From Spirochaetota bacterium (lineage in GTDB: Bacteria; Spirochaetota; Spirochaetia; SPDA01; JBFMGN01), in contig JBFMGN010000001.1 of NCBI GenBank assembly GCA_040752435.1, forward strand, positions 1-25,380: a DNA stretch of 25,380 nucleotides, read 5' to 3'. The notes under the pieces are model-generated. The model did no database searches, was not told where the DNA came from, and was given only the letters and a program-made list of their open reading frames with translations. This document shows positions 7,361-14,053 of this stretch, piece by piece (position 1 is the first letter of the stretch; every line of letters starts with the position of its first letter). A program made the position numbers and the translations under genes.

Positions 7361-8287
7361 TCATTTTTCAAGTAATCTCATTTGGGCATCTTCTTTTTTA
7401 GTTGCCCAAGGAGCGATTCTTAAGCTGTTTCCCGCTTCTTCTGGGTCGTAAACAGGTGTATCCATTGGACGCGTCCTTAACGTTCCGGCAATTTCCTGCT
7501 CAATTCTCTGTTTTGCAAGCTCTATGTACTTCCTAACCGTCTCAGCACCGGCACCCCGTCGTTTATGACGAATGGCTGCGATTATTGATGTACCGGTACC
7601 TAAAAAAGGGTCAAACACCCAGTCGCACTCGCTTGTCATCGAGAGAACGAGCCTTTCAATAAGTTCAACAGGAAATTGACATGGGTGGTCTGTCTTTTCT
7701 ACATGATTGCTTTTGACGTTGGGAATGACCCATAAATCCCCGGGGTTTTTGCCCAGAGGATTGCATGAATATTTTCCGGCATTGGGTCCTTTGAAATACT
7801 TTTTACCGGGATACTTTTGTGGCACCCTCACCGGGTCCAGGTTAAACATGTATTTTTCGGTTTTTGTGAACCAGATAATGGTTTCGTATCGTCCCGAAAA
7901 CCGGCGGGTACAATGAAGACCGTGCTCAAAGTGCTAGATAATGCGATTTCTCATCCTAAGGCCCAGGCTTGTGAAAATAGGATAAAGCACTGTGTCGAGC
8001 GGAATAATTGCACCGTTGTCGACATAATTTCCGACCTGCCAGCAAATGCTCCCATACGGGGAAAGGCACCTTACGCACTCTCGGATAACCGCCGCCTGCT
8101 GATCGATGTAGAATTCCAGCTTAAGCCGCTTTTCATATTCTTTACCAATGTTATAAGGTGGTGATGTAACGATGAGTTGTAGTGACTCGTCCGGGATAGT
8201 TTTTAGCAATTTCAGACAATCACCGGGATAGAGGACAATGTCCTCTGACAAGGAGAAAATATCCGCTATTTTTCGTTTATCGAACAT
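7361..8287 (-). pseudogene. Beta-class N4-cytosine/N6 DNA methyltransferase with an in-frame TAG
   Basis: TSPPY (motif IV) precedes FDPFLGTGT (motif I). The frame reads RNRII*HFEHGLHCTRRFSGRYETIIWFTK; the TAG at 7936-7934 falls where Trp is expected, and read-through gives 308 aa. Confidence 0.88.
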
Positions 8288-8293
8288 AGGCTT

Positions 8294-8322
8294 ATGATAG
8301 CAATATGAGGGTTTGCAGTCAA
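8294..8322 (-). promoter_or_regulatory. Sigma70 promoter of the R-M cassette, predicting a leaderless transcript
   Basis: TTGACT (8322-8317)-N17-TGc-extended TATCAT (8299-8294). The ATG at 8287 begins 7 nt after the -10 box, and there is no SD. Confidence 0.7.
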
Positions 8323-8340
8323 TGAATTCATTTTTTATTC

Positions 8341-8457
8341 AGGGAACGATAGAGCTGAGCTGCCGCGCCGAATCATCGATAAGCTTATATTTAAGCAATA
8401 GTACTTATCAGTTACCAAGCGTAGCATAAGCGGTCAACCGCATGTTATCCACATTTG
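8341..8457 (-). other. attC site (degenerate) of the cyclase cassette
   Basis: CAAATGTGGATAAC (R'') atgcggttgaccgc...GGCAGCTCAG (L') ctctatc GTTCCCT (R', 8347-8341). The complementary L'' (GAGCTG) is missing. Confidence 0.75.
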
Positions 8458-8475
8458 TCTTTCTTTTAACAGTAT

Positions 8476-9384
8476 CTACAGATGCCTGAATGGCTTGTAT
8501 TTGAACAATCTGTCATTATCATGCACAAAAGGATAGTACAGAATGAAGTTCGTCCTCTTAATATATTCCTCCATGAAGTACATAAGGTTTATCTGGTTTA
8601 CTGGTGTTACATCCCTTAAAAGAAGATCATTTTCATAATGCTCGAATTTATCCTCCATATCGATACAGATGATTGGATAGTCAACGTACTCGAGAATTCC
8701 TTTAATAGATTTCCTACCTTCGTAATACAATTCTATCCCTTCATCTTCAATTGTGAGGTAATTATCGCGTAACAGGAGAATTGCGAATTCAACGGAGATG
8801 ACGAACCTGTTAAGTGTCGAATGCTTGGCAATCCTAAAGCCAATGTCGATTTGCCGGCCTATGAAGTCTCGTTGTTTCAACCCATCGGCTTTGGCATTAT
8901 TAAATTCTATCTCTATATTTCCATACAACTCATCATAATTTGGACCTTTGACGATATTTGCAAACCATGCAGCTCCTTTTATTTTAAAGGCACGATCATT
9001 TTTCTTCAGTTTCTCATCAGCCGCACTATTATGAACTATGATTGCCCTTCTAAAAAGAATTGTATAATAGAGTACAAGTTCATAATAGGCTAACTCTTTC
9101 TTATCCTGTAGTTTTTCATATGTTTCGCTGATATCAATGAAGAATAGGACTTCATCCCCAACAAGTTTCCAGATGTTCGGGCAAGGCAAAGGGCGAGCTT
9201 CATGTCGTGGTATTTTTACACTTTTGCAGCTCTCGTTCAATTTATTTGGAAATGCTTCAAGGAACAACTTAAAGTCTTTGCTCCAGTCATTGAGAAACCT
9301 GCTCTTATACGCGGACGAATCAACTATGTCAACGCTAAAAAAAATAAACGCTTTCACATCCTTGTCTTTTGGCTGTTCTATCAT
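8476..9384 (-). CDS. Divergent stand-alone class III nucleotidyl cyclase-like protein, first cassette of the array
   Basis: FFSVDIVDSS (D19), WKLVGDEVLF (K73, D77), RDFIGRQIDIGFRI (D173, G176, R184), FVISVE and GRKSIKGI occur in the order of the class III cyclase core motifs. GAGGTGA SD upstream. Confidence 0.72.
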   Translation of the reverse strand: MIEQPKDKDVKAFIFFSVDIVDSSAYKSRFLNDWSKDFKLFLEAFPNKLNESCKSVKIPRHEARPLPCPNIWKLVGDEVLFFIDISETYEKLQDKKELAYYELVLYYTILFRRAIIVHNSAADEKLKKNDRAFKIKGAAWFANIVKGPNYDELYGNIEIEFNNAKADGLKQRDFIGRQIDIGFRIAKHSTLNRFVISVEFAILLLRDNYLTIEDEGIELYYEGRKSIKGILEYVDYPIICIDMEDKFEHYENDLLLRDVTPVNQINLMYFMEEYIKRTNFILYYPFVHDNDRLFKYKPFRHL

Positions 9385-9492
9385 TTCTCACCTCTCACTC
9401 AATGGCTGGCCCATATAGAATAAAATGATAACCTGAACGTTGCACTGGTTCTCAATCGGTAAAGGAAAGACATAATATGAAATACGAATCTT

Positions 9493-9535
9493 CAAATGTG
9501 GCTAACATATTATCTCGTTTGTCCTCCGCTGTTCC
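9493..9535 (-). other. Probable attI recombination site
   Basis: GTTAGCCACATTTG (9506-9493) is a 13/14 inverted match to the R'' of the cyclase cassette, which fixes the crossover. The upstream sequence (ggaggacaaacgagataatat) has no attC-type L'/L'' hairpin. Confidence 0.6.
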
Positions 9536-9651
9536 AGCCCTTAAGTACTTCGCAAGCGACTTGCGAACATCATGCCTTTCGTTGTTCGCAACACTTAAAG
9601 CATGCGAACAGTTCACACAGTAATTCTAGAGGGATTACCCCGAAACTGCAA

Positions 9652-9735
9652 GAGGAGGTTGGCATGCGTAAAGACAGACAGACCTTCGAGGTCTATCTTC
9701 TGGAAACGGCTCGGGTCGTACCGAAGTTCAAATTG
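9652..9735 (+). pseudogene. Possible 5' stub of the integron integrase
   Basis: Strong SD GAGGAGG, then ATG at 9664 (MRKDRQTFEVYLLETARVVPKF), divergent from the cassettes and just beyond attI, where intI normally sits. No tyrosine recombinase motif survives, so the evidence is positional only. Confidence 0.3.
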
Positions 9736-9924
9736 CAGATGTCACAGACCTTCCGATGCAACACAAGGTTCCCACGGAACGAACCAAAACTCTCCGGTAT
9801 CACGTGTTCTCTGTTTGCAGCAGCATGCAGCACCGGGCGGAGTACCTGCTTATTGGCATTGAAACGAACCTTGTAAAGATTATCAAGTTCAAATATTGTT
9901 ACATCTGTTGGAAAAGGAAACCGG

Positions 9925-11760
9925 ATGAATACAGTTAACATAACCTTTAAGCCGCAAAACATTACGGTGTGGATACCGGAAGGTAGTTCGATTATCGAAG
10001 CCGCGCAGGCTGCCGGGATAAAGATTACCGGCCCCTGCGGCGGAAAGGGAACATGCGGGAAATGCAAGGTAATAGTCCGGGATGGGATTTCGCCTCTTTC
10101 AAACGCAGAAAGACAGTTACTCGAGAAAATCGAAATCAACGCCGGCTGCCGGCTGGCCTGTCAGACTAAAGTATTTGAAGCTACTGTCGTCGAGATTCCA
10201 GCAGACGCCAACCTTCTAAAACAAAGGATCCTGGATCACGGAATTTCCAGGCCATTCCAACTCAATCCAATTGTAAAAAAACAAGCGTTGGAAATCAGAG
10301 CGCCCAGTATGGCAGACCAGAGAGATGATCTTTCAAGAGTCCTGGATGTGCTGGGTGAAAGGAACGGTTTAAATGTCAATCTGACATGCTTAAGAAAATT
10401 GCCAAAAGCTATCCGGAATAAAACTTGTTCATTGACTATTATACGAACGGATAGGATGTGGATTGATATAAAGGGTTTAAGCGATTCGGAAAAAATATAC
10501 GGCCTGGCTGTGGATATCGGAACAACCACGGTCGTAGGTTATCTCTGCGATCTTGAAACGGGCAAGCAGGCGGGGGTTGCTTCTATAACGAATCCGCAGG
10601 TGGAGTTTGGGGATGATGTGATAGCCCGTATCACTTACACTACCGTAAAATACGATGGCCTTCAAAAATTACATGCGAAGATAATCGGCGGTCTTAATGA
10701 AATAATTGAACAATTGAAAGTGAGTGTGTCGATTGATCGCATGGATATTTATACGGCGGTTATGGCAGGCAACACGACCATGCAGCACCTGTTCCTCGGC
10801 CTGGATCCACGGAATATCGCTCCGGCGCCGTTCATCCCCGTAGCTTCCAGACTGCTTACATTAAGGGCGGCCGACCTCAAGCTGCATATAAATCCCGAGG
10901 CTCCGGTTGTAACTATGCCGAATGTTTCTGGATATGTAGGGGGGGATATTGTTTCAGGTATTCTGGCTGTAAATCTGTTCAGAAGCAAAGAAATTAAACT
11001 TTTTATAGATGTGGGCACCAACGGCGAAGTTGTGTTAGGATCGGAAGGAAATCTATTTGCATGTTCCGCGGCGGCCGGCCCGGCCTTTGAAGGGGCTATG
11101 ATTTCCCAGGGCATGCGGGCTGTCCCCGGCGCCATCGAGAGTGTTGTTTTCGATAATGACAATGTCTATTATAAAACGATAGACAATGTTAAGCCCCGGG
11201 GGATATGTGGGTCAGGATTACTGGATCTAGTGGCGCAAATGTTTCTCTTCGGTATTATTGAGAAAAGCGGGAGAATCTGTGAATCCGGCAGTGCACGAAT
11301 AAAAGGGGGAGAAGGGCTTAGAAAAAGGATTGTGGATGCCGACGGCATGCGGAAATTCCTGGTCTACAACGGAGATGCGGCTGAAGACGATAGACCGATT
11401 TATATAACGCAGAAAGATGTCCGGGAAATGCAGCTTGCAAAAGGGGCCATCCGGGCGGGGATTAATATATTGATGGAGACACTCAAAATTACTCCGGATG
11501 ATATTAGTGAAGTGCTTCTTGCGGGGGGGTTCGGCAATTATATTAAGAAAGAGAGCGCGCTGGCGGTAGGAATGATTCCGGCTATGCCGGAGGAAAAAAT
11601 TAAATCGGTAGGGAACTCCGCCGGTGAGGGGGCGAAAATAGCCCTTCTTTCAAAGGAAGAACTTGCCCTGACCGATAAAATTGCAAGAGAAGTAACGTAT
11701 ATTGAACTCTCGAATCAGACGACTTTTCAGAACGAGTTTATAAAATGCATGTCGTTTTAA
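9925..11760 (+). CDS. RACo/RamA-type ATP-dependent reductive activator of corrinoid proteins (2Fe-2S ferredoxin + ASKHA/DUF4445)
   Basis: N-terminal PCGGKGTCGKC...RLACQ. ASKHA motifs AVDIGTTTV, FIDVGTNGE, AGPAFEG, GICGSG, LAGGFG and GNSAGEGA. Confidence 0.92.
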   Translation: MNTVNITFKPQNITVWIPEGSSIIEAAQAAGIKITGPCGGKGTCGKCKVIVRDGISPLSNAERQLLEKIEINAGCRLACQTKVFEATVVEIPADANLLKQRILDHGISRPFQLNPIVKKQALEIRAPSMADQRDDLSRVLDVLGERNGLNVNLTCLRKLPKAIRNKTCSLTIIRTDRMWIDIKGLSDSEKIYGLAVDIGTTTVVGYLCDLETGKQAGVASITNPQVEFGDDVIARITYTTVKYDGLQKLHAKIIGGLNEIIEQLKVSVSIDRMDIYTAVMAGNTTMQHLFLGLDPRNIAPAPFIPVASRLLTLRAADLKLHINPEAPVVTMPNVSGYVGGDIVSGILAVNLFRSKEIKLFIDVGTNGEVVLGSEGNLFACSAAAGPAFEGAMISQGMRAVPGAIESVVFDNDNVYYKTIDNVKPRGICGSGLLDLVAQMFLFGIIEKSGRICESGSARIKGGEGLRKRIVDADGMRKFLVYNGDAAEDDRPIYITQKDVREMQLAKGAIRAGINILMETLKITPDDISEVLLAGGFGNYIKKESALAVGMIPAMPEEKIKSVGNSAGEGAKIALLSKEELALTDKIAREVTYIELSNQTTFQNEFIKCMSF

Positions 11761-11876
11761 ACGAATGGATTCAACCGCGGCCATACCGCGAAAGTACTCC
11801 GGCAACGACTCTGCTTAAGGATATAGACATGGTACCAATATTTTGGTAATACGTTAAGAAAGCAGGCTAACAGTCT

Positions 11877-12677
11877 ATGAATCTATACAAAGAGGCGGCA
11901 CGACTATCGGCGGAGAATGTTCCTTTTTCAATTGCCATTATTATCGAGTCAAAAGGTTCTACGCCGCGGCATACCGGAAAAATGATAGTCCTTGAGGATA
12001 GAAGAATCATCGGAACCATCGGGGGTGGATTTGCAGAAAAATTTGTTATTGATGAAGCGGTCAAGGCCATAAAAGAGGATAAATCAAGGATAGTTGAATA
12101 CAAGTTAAATAGTGATATTAAAGATGGGATTCCAATGTTATGCGGAGGGAATTTGAAGGTGTTTATCGAGGTGAATAAAAGAAGGCCCAGGCTGGTACTG
12201 CTCGGCGGCGGTCATGTTAATTATGCCTTATCGAAATTTGCAGCTTTACTGGATTACGAGTTGATAGTCGTAGAAGACAGGGAAGAATTTGGTAACAAAG
12301 AGAGATTCCCAACCGCTAAAGAATTATACGTTAATGCAGATATTACGGCCGCGGTTGAAAAAGTCATTATTGATAATAACACGTATATAATTATCGCAAC
12401 AAAAGATGCTGATGAGAAAAGCTTAAGGAAAGTCATAGACAGTGAGGCTGCCTATATTGGAGTCATCGGCAGCAGAAGAAAAGCAAAAATAATAATGAAG
12501 CACTTGGAAGATGATAAATTTGATACAGGCAGATTTGAGCGTCTTCATCTGCCCATTGGTTTGGACATCGGTTCTGAAACGCCTGAAGAGATTGCAGTCA
12601 GCATTTTAGCAGAGATAATGAAAGTAAAATCTGAGGCTACTGGAAAATCATTTACGGACCTGATGCAGAAAGGATAA
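11877..12677 (+). CDS. xdhC: XdhC/CoxI-family molybdenum cofactor maturation/insertion protein
   Basis: KGSTPRHTGKM..GTIGGG..CGG, LGGGHV, AYIGVIGSRRK, LPIGLDIGSETPEEIAVSILAEI. Confidence 0.92.
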   Translation: MNLYKEAARLSAENVPFSIAIIIESKGSTPRHTGKMIVLEDRRIIGTIGGGFAEKFVIDEAVKAIKEDKSRIVEYKLNSDIKDGIPMLCGGNLKVFIEVNKRRPRLVLLGGGHVNYALSKFAALLDYELIVVEDREEFGNKERFPTAKELYVNADITAAVEKVIIDNNTYIIIATKDADEKSLRKVIDSEAAYIGVIGSRRKAKIIMKHLEDDKFDTGRFERLHLPIGLDIGSETPEEIAVSILAEIMKVKSEATGKSFTDLMQKG

Positions 12678-12692
12678 TCTTTAAGCGTTGAA

Positions 12693-13166
12693 TTATCGCT
12701 TCCTTATTGCTTGAGATCCCATCTTTATGGCATGAACAATATTTGTGTAACCGGTACACCGGCAGAGATTTCCGCGGATAGCTTCTTTTATCTCTTCCTT
12801 ACTCGGATCTGGACTTCGGTCCAGGAGGGCTTTGGCCGACATGATCATCCCCGGGGTGCAATAACCGCACTGCACGGCCCCGGCCGCTATGAAGGCCTCC
12901 TGCAGCGGGTGGAGGGACCTCTTCTCTTCCAATCCCTCGATAGTGGTTAAGTCCTGGCCGTCGACGGTAAAAGCCAGGGTTTGGCAGGCCAGGACGGCCT
13001 GCCCGTTCTTTAGTACGGTGCAGGCGCCGCATTCGCCGAGGCCGCATCCGTACTTGGTTCCCATCAGGCCCAACCGGTCTCTTAAGACATTGAGCAGGAT
13101 CTCGTTCGGCTTAACCAGTAATGGATATTCCCTTCCGTTGACCTTAAGTGTAATCGAGACCTTCAT
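12693..13166 (-). CDS. Xanthine dehydrogenase family [2Fe-2S] small subunit (CoxS-like), enzyme 1
   Basis: GTKYGCGLGECGACTV and QCGYCTPG..GNLCRCTGY. The start is placed at the TGATG overlap at 13166 rather than 13190. Confidence 0.93.
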   Translation of the reverse strand: MKVSITLKVNGREYPLLVKPNEILLNVLRDRLGLMGTKYGCGLGECGACTVLKNGQAVLACQTLAFTVDGQDLTTIEGLEEKRSLHPLQEAFIAAGAVQCGYCTPGMIMSAKALLDRSPDPSKEEIKEAIRGNLCRCTGYTNIVHAIKMGSQAIRKR

Positions 13167-14053
13167 CACTTTCCCCCTGACCTTTTCCATGCTTCCATAA
13201 GAGCTTCCCGGAGCAACAGCCCGGCGGCCTGTCTGCGGTAGTCTGCACTTGAGCGGACATCGGTAATGGGTGCAATGTCGTTTTCTACCATCACCGCAGC
13301 CTCATGGAACAGGCTCTCGCTTTTCTTTTGACCCTTAAGAGTTTCTTCTACCTTCGGTGCCCGCACCGGCGTAGGTGCGACGGACCCTAATGCGACCCTG
13401 GCCTGCCGGATGGAATCACCCTCCCGCTCCAGGTAGACGGCGCAGTTGATCTTGGCGATATCCAGGCTGACCCGAGCCAACCGGCGGAAAGCGGCGCCTG
13501 AGTGGACAGGGGGTTGCGGCACAAACACTGAGGTCAGCATTTGCCCGGGCTTTAAGACTGTCATTTTGGGACCGGTGAAAAAATCCTTAAGTGGCAAAGC
13601 CGTGCGCTGAAGGCCGGGCCCGTTGGAACAACAGATCTCTACTTCCGCGCCCAAAGCCAGAAGGATCGGCGGCGTGTCCGCCCCGGGCGATGCATTGCAG
13701 AGATTGCCTGCCAGGGTGGCCATGTTTCGGATTTGTGTGCCCCCGATCGCGTTGATGGCTTCCACCAGGGCCGGATATCGGCCGGCGACCCGCTCATTCA
13801 GCTCGATCTCGCTTAAGCGGGTACCCGCTCCGATTGTAAGCCCTTGATCGAACTTTATGTAATTGAGTTCCTTTACGCCCAGCACCCAGACCAGGCAACG
13901 AGGTTTTGCCGCATTGGTCTTCATACTGTTGATAAGATCAGTTCCGCCCGCTAAAACCTGGGCGCCCTCCTTAAGCAGATTCTCCAGGGCTTCCGCCAAG
14001 GTCGCAGGACGCCGGCACTCGAAATCTACGGAGATTATGCGTGTACTAGACAT
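13166..14053 (-). CDS. Xanthine dehydrogenase family FAD-binding subunit (CoxM-like), enzyme 1
   Basis: LAGGTDL, IRNMATLAGNLCNASPGAD, ALGSVAPTP, DVRSSADYR. Confidence 0.93.
   Translation of the reverse strand: MSSTRIISVDFECRRPATLAEALENLLKEGAQVLAGGTDLINSMKTNAAKPRCLVWVLGVKELNYIKFDQGLTIGAGTRLSEIELNERVAGRYPALVEAINAIGGTQIRNMATLAGNLCNASPGADTPPILLALGAEVEICCSNGPGLQRTALPLKDFFTGPKMTVLKPGQMLTSVFVPQPPVHSGAAFRRLARVSLDIAKINCAVYLEREGDSIRQARVALGSVAPTPVRAPKVEETLKGQKKSESLFHEAAVMVENDIAPITDVRSSADYRRQAAGLLLREALMEAWKRSGGK

Larger units (their letters stand above)
5076..9535 (-). mobile_element. Integron remnant: attI-like site plus cassette array (four complete cassettes and one collapsed), no intact intI in the window
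   Basis: Four attC-like sites separate co-oriented minus-strand ORFs. Each cassette's 5' GTT core is the inverted complement of its own 3' R'' box (13/14, 6/8 and 10/10 matches for three cassettes). Confidence 0.88.

Noticed and set aside
7934-7936. In-frame TAG as evidence of pyrrolysine or an alternative genetic code
   Set aside because: It sits at an expected Trp one transition from TGG, TAG is used as a normal stop elsewhere in the window, and no pyl genes are seen.
5076-8457. Regularly spaced related motifs considered as a CRISPR array or REP elements
   Set aside because: They are separated by 0.7-1.7 kb containing whole genes and differ in sequence; the structure fits attC sites.
5266-9384. 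Cyclase-like gene plus 4-TM gene as a canonical two-gene Pycsar operon
   Set aside because: They lie in separate cassettes about 2.7 kb apart, and no cyclic-nucleotide-binding domain is recognisable in the TM protein. Kept only as a testable hypothesis.
9693-10139. 148-aa minus-strand ORF and the many other 60-230 aa antisense ORFs in the track
   Set aside because: They overlap well-supported genes on the opposite strand or frame and show no recognisable motifs; treated as shadow ORFs.
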